In this document: positions 51,829 through 62,700 of the stretch, in pieces
Position numbering within the stretch: the first letter of the stretch is position 1
How the letters are laid out: every line of letters begins with the position of its first letter
Made by a program: the position numbers and the translations under genes
Notes under the pieces: generated by a model
The model's database searches: none
Told to the model about the DNA's origin: nothing
What the model saw: the letters and a program-made list of their open reading frames with translations, nothing else
Assembly (NCBI GenBank): GCA_044445605.1
Contig: JBIOEA010000002.1
Coordinates: 40,060-104,059, forward strand
From: Gammaproteobacteria bacterium
Lineage (GTDB): Bacteria > Pseudomonadota > Gammaproteobacteria > JABCZS01
Length of the DNA stretch: 64,000 nt
Reading direction: 5' to 3'

Positions 51829-52059
51829 TTAGAAATCTTCCCTTTTTTGTGGTAATTGTTGGTGACGGTCCAATGAAAAATCATCGGTAAGCCGTGGCGT
51901 TTTATGAAAAAAATCGTCCCAGGAAGCAGGCTTTGGCCTGATGAGCAACCCATCGGCTACCCTTTCAATCCATACCTCTTGCGTATCAAAGCGATACTCT
52001 TTTGGAATACGCACGGCTTGCGTGCTCGGCCCATTGGTGAATACTGTGCTTGCTTTCAT
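51829..52059 (-). CDS. vapB: VapB antitoxin (AbrB/SpoVT/MazE-type)
   Basis: MKASTVFTNGPSTQAVRIPKEYRFDTQEVWIERVADGLLIRPKP…; start at the internal ATG (52059) rather than the longer track ORF. Confidence 0.8.
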   Translation of the reverse strand: MKASTVFTNGPSTQAVRIPKEYRFDTQEVWIERVADGLLIRPKPASWDDFFHKTPRLTDDFSLDRHQQLPQKREDF

Positions 52060-52172
52060 AAGCCCTCCTGCATATATATTAATTATATATACTATACAAG
52101 CCCAGGTCAAGTCATTAGTACTCACGCTCTTATAGAAAAGAGGCATTTACGCAACAAAGGCAAAAAACCACT

Positions 52173-52190
52173 GGATTTTTCGAAAAATCC
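52173..52190. promoter_or_regulatory. 18-bp perfect palindrome GGATTTTTCGAAAAATCC in the divergent vapBC/rho control region
   Basis: Seen directly; lies ~85 nt upstream of the rho ATG and ~115 nt upstream of the vapB ATG. Confidence 0.35.
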
Positions 52191-52274
52191 ATGATATTGT
52201 TAGGAAAGTCCCCCCTCCTATGGGTGCGGCAAAAAAACAGCTTATCTCCTCCTAGTATATGTGAAGAAATCCAA

Positions 52275-53543
52275 ACCATGACAACTCATCTTAATGATTT
52301 ACAAAGCAAATCTGTCCAAGAACTTATTACCATTGCCAATAAAGGCCATGCCGATAACATTGGACGAGTACGTAAACAAGACCTCATTTTTAGCATCCTG
52401 AAAGACTACGCCCAGAACGGCGAAGAAGTCATCGGTGATGGCGTATTGGAAGTCCTGCAAGACGGCTACGGCTTCTTGCGCTCCCCTGAAGCCTCCTATT
52501 TGGCAGGTTCAGATGACATCTACGTCTCCCCTGCTCAAATCAGACGGCTAGGCCTCCAAACAGGCGACAACGTCATGGGCCCCATCCGTATGCCTAAAGA
52601 AGGCGAACGCTATTTCGCTCTCCTCAAAGTGGACCAAGTCAATTTTGAGCCTGCAGAAAACTGCCGCAATAAAGTATTGTTCGAAAACCTTACCCCATTG
52701 TTCCCGAACCAACGTTTACGCATGGAACGTGGCAATGGCTCGACAGAAGACATTACTTCTCGGATCATTGACCTGATTGCCCCCTGCGGCAAGGGCCAAC
52801 GTGCATTGATCGTATCGCCGCCGAAGGCCGGTAAGACAATGATGCTGCAAAATATCGCGCAATCGATCGCAGAAAATCATCCCGAATGCTACCTCATCGT
52901 ATTGTTGATCGACGAACGTCCTGAAGAAGTGACGGAAATGGAACGCTCAGTACGCGGCGAAGTCGTTGCATCCACGTTTGATGAACCACCTGCTCGTCAC
53001 GTTCAAATCGCTGAAATGGTTATCGAAAAAGCTAAACGCTTGGTCGAACATAAACATGACGTCGTGATTCTTCTGGATTCGATTACCCGCTTGGCACGTG
53101 CCTACAATGCGGTCGCACCATCATCAGGTAAAGTCCTCACCGGCGGTGTGGATGCTAATGCATTACAACGTCCCAAACGCTTCTTCGGTGCTGCACGTAA
53201 TATCGAAGAAGGCGGCAGCTTGACCATTATCGCCACTTGCCTCGTCGATACGGGATCCAAAATGGACGAAGTTATTTACGAAGAGTTTAAAGGTACCGGT
53301 AACATGGAATTGCATTTAGAACGCCGTATTTCTGAAAAAGGCGTGTTCCCTGCGGCGAATATTAATTCGAGCAGTACCCGTCGTGCAGACTTGATTGCCA
53401 AACCCGAAGAATTGCAAAAAATTACGATCCTTCGTAAATTGCTGCATTCAATGGAACCCTTGGCTGCCATTGAGTTCTTGATCGAGCGCTTGCGCAATAC
53501 CAAGACCAATGACGAGTTCTTTGACTCGATGAAACGGCAATAG
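52275..53543 (+). CDS. rho: Transcription termination factor Rho
   Basis: Collinear with E. coli Rho from Met1 (…VSELITLGEN… / …[10 protein letters not shown]…, RNA-binding and P-loop [13 protein letters not shown] regions highly conserved); the track ORF extends 28 codons upstream. Confidence 0.95.
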   Translation, partial: TMTTHLNDLQSKSVQELITIANKGHADNIGRVRKQDLIFSILKDYAQNGEEVIGDGVLEVLQDGYGFLRSPEASYLAGSDDIYVSPAQIRRLGLQTGDNVMGPIRMPKEGERYFALLKVDQVNFEPAENCRNKVLFENLTPLFPNQRLRMERGNGSTEDITSRIIDLIAPCGKGQRALIVSPPKAGKTMMLQNIAQSIAENHPECYLIVLLIDERPEEVTEMERSVRGEVVASTFDEPPARHVQIAEMVIEKAKRLVEHKHDVVILLDSITRLARAYNAVAPSSGKVLTGGVDANALQRPKRFFGAARNIEEGGSLTIIATCLVDTGSKMDEVIYEEFKGTGNMELHLERRISEKGVFPAANINSSSTRRADLIAKPEELQKITILRKLLHSMEPLAAIEFLIERLRNTKTNDEFFDSMKRQ

Positions 53544-53554
53544 GGATACCAGCC

Positions 53555-53630
53555 TTCTATGTCTTAGGCCCCCTTTGGTAAAAGGGGGCAGCCTGTAGGG
53601 ACGAAACATGTTTCGCCCCTACAATAGAGG
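53555..53630. repeat. Composite REP-like intergenic repeat, copy 3 (reverse orientation; downstream of rho)
   Basis: Reverse complement TGTAGGGGCGAAACATGTTTCGTCCCTACA + GCCCCCTTTTACCAAAGGGGGC + CTAAGACATAGAAG matches modules of copies 1 and 2. Confidence 0.8.
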
Positions 53631-53640
53631 TTAAATTTTT

Positions 53641-55407
53641 ATGCCAATACAACTCCCAAAAACCGTCTGGGCCTTTATCTGGCACTATGTACGCGACAAA
53701 AAATGTATATTAGCCGGGTTTGTGCTAATTGCATTGGTCTGGGCCATTGAATTATCACTATCACCTTACCTCATCAAAGATATTGTGGATACCGTGGTCA
53801 TGCATCACCAAGACCATGCGATGCTTATCCAAGCCGTCATGTGGCCTGCATCCATTTATGCCAGCATGACATTACTCCTCAATCTAAACTTTCGACTTTA
53901 TGATTATCTAGGGTTAAAGATGTACCCGGCGATCAAATCCAGAATGACGCAAGATATGTTTGACTATTTATTAAAGCATTCTCATGGTTATTTCCAAAAT
54001 CATTTCGCAGGGTCTCTGACCAAAAAAATCTTTGACATGATCACCGATTCAGAGCGCATTATACTCATTCTGAATGAATTTTTTTACGCACGCGCATTCG
54101 CATTGATCATTGCCAGCGCGATGTTATGGAAAGTCGTTCATCCAACGCTGGGTATTATTCTGTTTGTATGGACATCCGCATTCATTTATTGCTCCTACCT
54201 TTCTGCCAAATACGCAGCGAAACATGCAAAATTTGTCTCTGAATGCTATTCAAACATGTCTGGCGTGATATCAGATTCTGTCTCGAACGTCATGAGCACC
54301 AAATTGTTTTACAATTTATCTCATGAAAGTAATCGAGTATGGCACTCACTGACAGCGTTGGTGAATGCTGATCGCACACTCTTATGGTTCAATTTGAAAG
54401 CGCAGTTTTTGCAGGGATTATCTGTCTTCCTTCTCGTCATCATCATGTTATACAACCTGCTCGAAGGCGTTGGCAAAGGTTGGGTCACACCAGGCGATTT
54501 TGCGATGGTATTAACCCTGATTGCCTGGATGACATCCGCTGTATGGGAAATGGGCGAAAAAATGTTAGACCTCTCTCGAGCGACAGGCTCATGCCAACAA
54601 GCATTAAGTTTCATCATGGAGCCACATGAGATTGTCGACGCGCCCAATGCAAAATCCCTCGTTATCAACGAAGGCAAGATTGTGTTTGACCACGTATCTC
54701 ACGCCTACCCTGGCAGCAAAATTATTTTCAATGAGTTATCGGTTGAGATCAAGTCCGGTGAAAAAGTTGGATTGGTCGGCTATTCCGGTGGCGGCAAATC
54801 CACCTTCACTCGCCTTATTTTGCGTCTGATGGATATTAAGTCCGGTCAAATACTGATTGATGGTCAAGATATTTCGAAAGTCACCCATGAATCACTCACC
54901 AAAAACATTGGCACGATTCCCCAAGAAACGGAATTATTCCATCGCTCCATCATGGAAAACATTCGTTTTGCCAAACCCGAGGCCACTGACGCCCAAGTCC
55001 TGGAAGCCGCCGAAAAAGCCTGTTGCGACGAATTCATTAAAGAATTGCCTGAGGGCTATCAATCATTGGTAGGCGAACGCGGTGTTAAATTATCGGGCGG
55101 CCAGCGTCAACGGATTGCCATCGCGCGGGCCTTCCTGAAAAACGCTCCTATCTTATTACTGGATGAAGCAACTTCTGCGTTAGACACCATGACGGAACGC
55201 CTGATTCAGCGCAGCCTTCATGCCGTCATGGAAGGCAAAACCACCATTGTGATCGCTCACCGATTATCCACCTTGAAAGACATGGACCGCATCTTATTTT
55301 TTGATCAAGGTGTCATCGTAGAGCAAGGATCGCTGAGCGAATTGCTAGCCAACCCTAGTGGTAAGTTTTACCAACTATGGCATATGCAAGCAGAGGGAGT
55401 TATTTAA
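53641..55407 (+). CDS. ABC transporter, fused permease/ATP-binding exporter (MsbA/PrtD-like, 588 aa)
   Basis: N-terminal 6-TM domain; C-terminal NBD with Walker A GYSGGGKST, signature LSGGQRQR, Walker B ILLLDEATSALD. Confidence 0.8.
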   Translation: MPIQLPKTVWAFIWHYVRDKKCILAGFVLIALVWAIELSLSPYLIKDIVDTVVMHHQDHAMLIQAVMWPASIYASMTLLLNLNFRLYDYLGLKMYPAIKSRMTQDMFDYLLKHSHGYFQNHFAGSLTKKIFDMITDSERIILILNEFFYARAFALIIASAMLWKVVHPTLGIILFVWTSAFIYCSYLSAKYAAKHAKFVSECYSNMSGVISDSVSNVMSTKLFYNLSHESNRVWHSLTALVNADRTLLWFNLKAQFLQGLSVFLLVIIMLYNLLEGVGKGWVTPGDFAMVLTLIAWMTSAVWEMGEKMLDLSRATGSCQQALSFIMEPHEIVDAPNAKSLVINEGKIVFDHVSHAYPGSKIIFNELSVEIKSGEKVGLVGYSGGGKSTFTRLILRLMDIKSGQILIDGQDISKVTHESLTKNIGTIPQETELFHRSIMENIRFAKPEATDAQVLEAAEKACCDEFIKELPEGYQSLVGERGVKLSGGQRQRIAIARAFLKNAPILLLDEATSALDTMTERLIQRSLHAVMEGKTTIVIAHRLSTLKDMDRILFFDQGVIVEQGSLSELLANPSGKFYQLWHMQAEGVI

Positions 55408-55482
55408 ATAATCAAAGGTCGCTTTTTTCCAAATAAGTGATAGACTTATAGGGTTGTTTATCGTCATCGAAGGGAACTCGTT

Positions 55483-56619
55483 GTGAATGGACTCTACATC
55501 ATCGCCCTGAAACTGCTTGCCAATGATAAGGGTAAATTTTTTACCTTGATCGTGGGTGTTTCGTTCGCTGTTTTTTTGATGATGCAAATGACCTGTATGT
55601 TTTCCGGGCTGATGCGCCGCACAGGTTCAGACATTCTGAATATCAATGCAAAAATGTGGGTCATGGACCCATCGCTTAATTCTCAATCCGATAATATACC
55701 CATGCCCGATTACATTCTCGATGCTGTCCGCAGTATTAAAGGCGTTAAATATGCCGTCCCACTCTATACAGGCGGCGGTTTAGCGAAGCTAAGCGATGGG
55801 CGCTATCAAGCTGTCAATATCCGCGGGCTTGATGATGCGACCTTATTTGGTCGCCCCCAAATGCTCAGCGGCGACATCATCAATATTTATAATGATGATG
55901 CGTATATCGCCATTAAAGACTCTGAGTTCGAAAAACTTGATAATGCCAAAGTGGGTACAACGTTTGAAGTGAATGACCATCGCGGCGTGATTGTCGGCAT
56001 TGGTAAGGCACTGGTCGGAGGCCTCTTCGGAACACCTACCTTGTACACCACTTATCGACGTGCCATAGCCGTTTTACCTCACACGCGCTTCACGCTTTCG
56101 TTTATATTGGTTGAACCTAAATCTGAAGCCGATGTTAAGTATATTCAAAAAGAAGTAAAAAAACTTAACTACGTCGCCCTTACCAAAGATGAATTTTTCA
56201 ACAAAAATAGGGATTATTATTTATATAAAACTGGGCTCGGCACCAATGTGATGATCATGACGATCATCAGTTTTATCGTTGGCCTATCGATTGCTGGCCA
56301 GACATTTTATACATTCGTGATCGAAAATTTACAAGAATTTGGCGCACTGAAAGCAATCGGGGCTAAAAAAAAGGAATTGATTTCCATTATTCTCTTTCAA
56401 TCGGCGGTAGTCGGTTTTTTAGGCTATGGATTTGGCATCTTTTTATCATCAACCGTCATTGCATTGGCAAAGTTGAGACTACACAATTACGCCGCCCAGG
56501 TTACTCTTGAAAACATGTTTCTGACCTTTTTAATGGTATTGGTCATTGTCGCGTTTTCCAGCTATCTAGGCGTTCGTAAAGTCATTACCATTGATCCATT
56601 TGATATATTCAGGGGCTAA
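55483..56619 (+). CDS. ABC transporter permease, FtsX/MacB-DevC-like
   Basis: 378 aa; N-terminal TM, large periplasmic domain, C-terminal FtsX-like 3-TM bundle. Confidence 0.7.
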   Translation: MNGLYIIALKLLANDKGKFFTLIVGVSFAVFLMMQMTCMFSGLMRRTGSDILNINAKMWVMDPSLNSQSDNIPMPDYILDAVRSIKGVKYAVPLYTGGGLAKLSDGRYQAVNIRGLDDATLFGRPQMLSGDIINIYNDDAYIAIKDSEFEKLDNAKVGTTFEVNDHRGVIVGIGKALVGGLFGTPTLYTTYRRAIAVLPHTRFTLSFILVEPKSEADVKYIQKEVKKLNYVALTKDEFFNKNRDYYLYKTGLGTNVMIMTIISFIVGLSIAGQTFYTFVIENLQEFGALKAIGAKKKELISIILFQSAVVGFLGYGFGIFLSSTVIALAKLRLHNYAAQVTLENMFLTFLMVLVIVAFSSYLGVRKVITIDPFDIFRG

Positions 56620-56621
56620 GC

Positions 56622-57305
56622 ATGATACTCGAGGCTAGGCATATCAGAAAATGGTTTGGTACGGAGGACAGCAAAACGTATGCGCTTAATGACATCAGCT
56701 TCGATGTCGACTACGGTGAAATGCTTTATATTGTCGGACAATCTGGATCAGGTAAGACTACACTGCTCAGTATTATTTCAGGTATTCTCAGGCCCAATGA
56801 AGGGGAAATAACAGTTGAAGGGAAAAACATCTGGCATTTAAATGATAATGAGCTATCCGAATTTCGTTCGAAAACGATCGGATTTGTTTTTCAAGATTTT
56901 CATTTATTCAATACATTAACATCGAAAGAAAATGTGGCTGTTCCCCTTATTCTTCAAAAAAAGCCGATGGACATCGCACTCCTAGAAGCAGAAAAACGTC
57001 TTGAAATCGTTGGCCTAAAACATCGTATGGATCTGATGCCAAATCGACTCAGCATAGGCGAGCAACAACGCGTAGCCATAGCGAGAGCCATCATCACAGA
57101 ACCGGATTTATTGATCTTTGATGAACCCACTGCCTCATTGGATGGAGAAACAGGAAAGCGAATCATCTCGTTCATCAAAGAACAAATTTTAACACCCAAA
57201 AGGGCTATCATCATTGTCACACATGATAATCGTATTTATAATTTTGCGACACGCATTATTAAAGTGGAAGATGGAAGAATAGTTGATGCAGCGGGGATCC
57301 AATGA
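56622..57305 (+). CDS. ABC transporter ATP-binding protein (MacB/DevA/LolD-like)
   Basis: Walker A GQSGSGKTT, signature LSIGEQQRVAIARA, Walker B LLIFDEPT; 227 aa. Confidence 0.85.
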   Translation: MILEARHIRKWFGTEDSKTYALNDISFDVDYGEMLYIVGQSGSGKTTLLSIISGILRPNEGEITVEGKNIWHLNDNELSEFRSKTIGFVFQDFHLFNTLTSKENVAVPLILQKKPMDIALLEAEKRLEIVGLKHRMDLMPNRLSIGEQQRVAIARAIITEPDLLIFDEPTASLDGETGKRIISFIKEQILTPKRAIIIVTHDNRIYNFATRIIKVEDGRIVDAAGIQ

Positions 57306-58237
57306 ATACTCGGAAATTATTTATGTTAGCAACAGGAGGCATTATCGCCGGACTGTTCAGCGTTTTCTTTTACAATGAAAATTTAAAAGCACAAGAACCC
57401 TTATCTGTCAGTTATAACCCATATGATAAGGGCATTTATGCATCTGGCATTATTGAAAGTTTTCAACTCAATGGTTCAAATATTAATATATTCCCAGAAG
57501 TATCGGGTAGAGTCTCAAGCATCATGGTTTCAGACGGACAGCAAGTCAAAAAGGAGGATGTGCTATTAGTGATTCATCATTCCGTACAAACAGCCATTGT
57601 AGAAAAAGACAAAGCGAATGTTAAGTTGGCACAAGATAATTTGATCACAGTTCAAGATCAATATGACAAACTTAAGAAAGCTTATGATATTAATCCTAAA
57701 TCAGTCAGTAAAAATGCCCTAGACAATGCCAACAATGCAGTCATTTCGGCCAAACAAAACATCTCAGTGGCTCAAGCACAACAAGATTCTGATCAAGCAT
57801 TGCTGGATGAATACACGATCACCTCACCTGTTGATGGCGTCGTTTTGCGGGTTGTCCCTGCTGTGGGTGATTATGCATCTCCTGTCGTCGGAACTTATGA
57901 CACTTATACGCAAGGTAGTCTACCCATTATTCAAATAGGGCAAGTCACACCTTATTTGCAAGTCAGAGTGTATGTTGACGAAATCTTGACACCACAACTA
58001 CCCGAATCGTCCAAACTTGAAGCAACACTGTTTGTACGCGGGATGGACAATAAATCGATTCCTTTAAAATATGTCAACATGCAACCCTATACTATTCCCA
58101 ATATACAATTATCTGATCAACGCAGCGAACGTGTAGATGTCAGGGTATTGCCGATCATTTTCCAATTTGAAAAACCGACGGATATTAATTTATATCCTGG
58201 GCAATTAGTGGATGTTTATATCAAAGGTAAACCATGA
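57302..58237 (+). CDS. Periplasmic adaptor / membrane-fusion protein (HlyD/DevB-like)
   Basis: 311 aa; N-terminal TM anchor, coiled-coil segment, beta-barrel-like C-terminus; translationally coupled to flanking genes. Confidence 0.7.
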   Translation: MNTRKLFMLATGGIIAGLFSVFFYNENLKAQEPLSVSYNPYDKGIYASGIIESFQLNGSNINIFPEVSGRVSSIMVSDGQQVKKEDVLLVIHHSVQTAIVEKDKANVKLAQDNLITVQDQYDKLKKAYDINPKSVSKNALDNANNAVISAKQNISVAQAQQDSDQALLDEYTITSPVDGVVLRVVPAVGDYASPVVGTYDTYTQGSLPIIQIGQVTPYLQVRVYVDEILTPQLPESSKLEATLFVRGMDNKSIPLKYVNMQPYTIPNIQLSDQRSERVDVRVLPIIFQFEKPTDINLYPGQLVDVYIKGKP

Positions 58238-59703
58238 ATTATTCTACACGATTAATGCTCATACTGTGCACTGGGGTAATCATACTCCCCGGCTGCACGC
58301 TCTATCAAAAACCAGAGGTGCCGGTAATCAATCACCCTGAGGAATTCAAAGTAAACATAAAGAAAGACGAATTCCCAGAGCTCAATGATCGTTGGTGGGA
58401 AAATTTTAACAATCCACAGCTCAATAAACTAGTCGAACAATCCATCAAGCATAATTATAGCTACCAAGTGGCACTGACAAACATTGATATTGCCCAAACC
58501 TACGTTGATATCAGTATGACAGGTCTTTTCCCCCTGGTAGGCGGGGATTTTTCATCTTCGCGAAACAAACGCATTGTTAACGTTGGGACAGATATTTCAT
58601 CAGCGCCGCAGTTAACGACGGGTGGTGCTGGCTTACCGTTTAACTTGAATCTGATCACTGCCACGGCAGCTTACGAAATCGATGTCTGGAATTCCGTTCA
58701 CAATGCGGTTGATCAAGCTAAATCAAACAAACTGAGCGTTGAAGGCAATACAAATGTCGTTAGGTTAACCCTTATCAGTTCCGTCGTTAATACGTATTAT
58801 GAGATCATGGCACTGTCTCAAGATATCCAAAACTTAAAAAAGCAGCTCAAAGCGGCCCGTGAAATGTTAGCGTTATTTAAAATTCAGTATCAGTCAGGCC
58901 TCATTGATGAGAGCCAAGTTTATCTGGCAAGCACGGAATTAGAAAACATTTCGAACACGCTCAATCTCAATAAAAAACAAAAAGAAATCCTTGAATATGG
59001 CCTGGCGTATTTGATCGGGGAATACCCCGAAAATTTCTCTATCAAGCCTGAAGGCCATATCAATGAACTTCACTTTGCTCAGTTAATTCCTGAAGGGATC
59101 CCTTCACATGTCATTGGAATGCGCCCAGATGTTCAGTCTGATTTAGGTCAAATTTTAGCGTTCGGTTATTTGCAAAAACAAGATATCGCGGCCTTTTTAC
59201 CTAATTTTACAATGACAAGCAGTTATGGTTATGCCAGCAACGTTTTGTCTCAATTGATCAAAAATAGCAACGTATTATGGAACTATGGCATCAACGTTGC
59301 GCAAACGTTTTTTAATTACCCTGCTTTGATCAGTCAATATCAACAGGCAAAACTCCAATACCAGTCGGCCGTCTATGCCTATCAAAACACAGTACAGAAT
59401 GCGTTTTTTGAGGTGGACAGTGCGTTGGTTTCTTATCAAAAAGATAGCATGATCATGCACTCCCTCCGTACAGAACAAGAGAACGCGAATGAACTTTTCA
59501 AGATTGCCAAAGCGAAGTATCATGCAGGATTAACGGATTACACAGATTATTTAACGAATAATATCAATGAGTTACAGAGCACATACAATCTAACCAATCA
59601 ACAGTTAGTCGTGGTGCAGGATATTATCCAAGCGTATAAATCGATGGGATTAGGGGTTCAACCCACCAAGCCTGTTGAATCCGATGTAGCGAGCGCCTCA
59701 TGA
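58234..59703 (+). CDS. Outer-membrane efflux lipoprotein (TolC/NodT-family OMF)
   Basis: Lipobox ILPGC; two OEP-type repeats; 489 aa; last gene of the export operon. Confidence 0.75.
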   Translation: MNYSTRLMLILCTGVIILPGCTLYQKPEVPVINHPEEFKVNIKKDEFPELNDRWWENFNNPQLNKLVEQSIKHNYSYQVALTNIDIAQTYVDISMTGLFPLVGGDFSSSRNKRIVNVGTDISSAPQLTTGGAGLPFNLNLITATAAYEIDVWNSVHNAVDQAKSNKLSVEGNTNVVRLTLISSVVNTYYEIMALSQDIQNLKKQLKAAREMLALFKIQYQSGLIDESQVYLASTELENISNTLNLNKKQKEILEYGLAYLIGEYPENFSIKPEGHINELHFAQLIPEGIPSHVIGMRPDVQSDLGQILAFGYLQKQDIAAFLPNFTMTSSYGYASNVLSQLIKNSNVLWNYGINVAQTFFNYPALISQYQQAKLQYQSAVYAYQNTVQNAFFEVDSALVSYQKDSMIMHSLRTEQENANELFKIAKAKYHAGLTDYTDYLTNNINELQSTYNLTNQQLVVVQDIIQAYKSMGLGVQPTKPVESDVASAS

Positions 59704-59791
59704 GTCGCCCTCTTTGCCTTGCTTTAACGACCCCACCCATGTTAAGCTAACCTCCTTAAATCAAGCATTTTCTGATGAAGGGGTATTGAAT

Positions 59792-62700
59792 ATGGGTATT
59801 AATGCACAACAGCTCAAAACTAACTTTATTACTCTAGATTACAAAAATGAGATCCTGAAATACCCTCAACTCTGGATAGAGCTCTTAGAAATCTCTTCAC
59901 GGAAGGCATATGAGTACATAGACTTATTTAGCGATAATGAATCATTACAGCTTATACAAAATTCACAAACACAAGCAACCCTTCGCGCAACACTCTTCAC
60001 AAAATATCTAAACTATATTGTCGACTTTTCCGACCCATTTGATTCAAGTACAATCATCACCGAAGCACACATGAAAAAAATGGTAGAAAGATGTTTGAAA
60101 GACGAAGTCTGGGATAACGATAGAGTAGAAATCCATTATCTAAACCATCACACCTCGTTTTTTTATGAAGAAACGGGTCAATATATTATGCAAAAATCTA
60201 CCCAAGGTTCTAACCAAGTCGAACTTAATCTCGGCCACACAAACATACATAAACATCTGAAATATAATAGTCAAGAAATTCGCAAAAGCGACACCAAAAC
60301 AGATTTTTTCTCCGCCTATAACATTGAGCATGAAAGAGCCGAAGCTATGGCCAGTAAATGCATAGCAATATTAGATAAATCAAATGAAGGGTTTTTGGAT
60401 GCTGAATTTCAACGATTCATAAATGGTGACATCCGCCGTGCCATGACCCAGTTAGCAAAACTTGGACAATATGATCTCTTGATGGCGATTTTCAAGAAGC
60501 TATCCCCTGCCGTTGCAGTAGATGAACTTACCCGTGGGGGCACTGACAGCGTCTTTGCCATTCTCGTTAATGCACTGCCAGAAACGCGTGTCATTCTTGG
60601 CAACCTTATAAATCATGCCATAGGCATAGAAAATATGACAATGAAGGAATTTAATCATAAGATTCTGCCGGTAACGCTCAATACTATTAAAGAACGTTCC
60701 GAATCGTTATATCAAAAACTAACAGACTCTTCATCCTCAAAACCAACATCCACACAAAAAGATGAAAATGAGTTGGAATTAAATAATATAAAAGTCTATG
60801 AGAATGGCAGCACGTTCTGGGATGGCATGGATTTAGATGAATTCTGTAAAGTGCCTTACCTTATTCCAGAGTTCATCAAGCACGATCTGATCAAAAATCC
60901 CGAAAAACTATGCTCGATTGCAAAAAAGAATAAATATCTAGCATGCAATTATATCAGCGCACTCAGCGACGAGCAGGCAAAAATACTCGCCAACAATGCA
61001 TCCGACAACGTGTTGATTGATCTTTTTAATCACACAGTAAAACATACAGTAATGATTCATCAAAAAGTTAATGACATGTACAAGTTGCTGAAACATGCGA
61101 ACAATTCGGTTTGTGAGGCAGTGTTCGGCGAGCTAACTCATCATGACTGGACAAGAATTTTAAAAAACAAAGCATGTCCACTTGTAAACAAATTAGTAGA
61201 GACGGTAACCAATGATAATGCATCTCGCCTTCTTGGTAAGCTAGACTTTAATTTATTAAATTTATTGTCAGGCGATTCCTTTTTCAGTGGTGAGGAAATA
61301 CATCTTTATCTAAAAGCACCTTCTTTTTATGGTATCAATTACGACAATTTGAACGATAAGTCGTCTATTAACTTTTTTATTCATCATATACTCACGGCAG
61401 CAGAAAGGGATAATAAACTTACCCCTGGCAAGCAAGATGTCGTATGCACCCTCATCACTCAATTGCTTGCAGGCGACGCCTCAATCTTTAACCTATTTGT
61501 TAATAAGGAGGCAAACTCATTAGGACTTATATTTTCTGCTTTCAAATTTCATCAGCTCATGACTAATCAGCTTCCTGAAAGAACATTTCAGGCTTTGCAA
61601 TTAGACACATGGTTAGCGCTGCCCAAAAAAGCTATTGGCAACTCTTATAATACAGCCATTCAATTACTCAATTTTGTTTCAACTGAAAATGCTGCATCGC
61701 TTTTGGGTGGGCTTCAATTTGATTTGCTTAACGCCCTGACGGAACAAGATTTATATGATGAAGCACAAAATCTTTTTGTAAAACTACCCAGTCAAAACAT
61801 TCCACCGAAGCTAATCAAATGGGTTGAAGACAAAATCAAAGCATCCCCTAAAGCAACGATTGAAAGCCTCGGCATTGAAAAAATACTCATGGATGCCATT
61901 AGCGCTTCAAAGGCAGCAAAAATAGATGCTAGGAAGTTTTTAGCTGAAGCTCAGGAAAACCCCGCTGCTGCCTGCAAATTCTTACAGTTACAAAGCGATA
62001 GAATCATTGAAGCACTCGTCGGTAGCATCCATTCCATCCAGGATAAGTATTTTTTCGAACGCATTATCCTTGCTTTTGACGAACACATGCCGATTAAATT
62101 AATGATGAAAATTGATTCAAACATTATTTTTTCGTTTTCACAATTTCACGATTCAGATACTACGACCCCTGCGATAGAAAGTCTCTGCATGAATTATTTA
62201 AAAAATGATCGGTTCGACATGATCTGTGCATTATTGAAACATGCCTCTCAAGTTGATCTATGGCATCTTCATTTTACTGTACTTTCTCAAGCTTCTTTTA
62301 TCAAGAAATCAATCGAAATGAATTGGGAGCGTAACATCATCGATGCGTTGCGTATGCATACTGATAAGGATACAAATCAAATATTGCTTACCTATATTGA
62401 GAATGTTATTGAGCACTTTTCTGCTGATTATCCCTATAGCCCAAAGAGTTTCGAAGTCTTTCTGCAAAGTTTGGATCCAGAATGCGTTCCCTTATTAAAA
62501 CCGATTAACAGTTTTAATGACCTCATGTCAAAGAATAAACTGCTACATGCTAAAGTGCTTTATCAAATGAATCCAACGTATTTTAACGATAATGCTGAGC
62601 GCCCAGCCATCATTAAACTCAAGGCACTGTACCCCGATCTGAATAGCGATGCTAAACCCATTCAACAGTCGACCAGTGAAATGGATATTCTTAGGGCAGA

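Noticed and set aside
59714-59791. Upstream TTG-initiated extension of paralog A given in the ORF track
   Set aside because: No ATG. The conserved initiation context GAAGGGGTATTGAATATGG shared with paralog B points to the ATG at 59792 as the real start.
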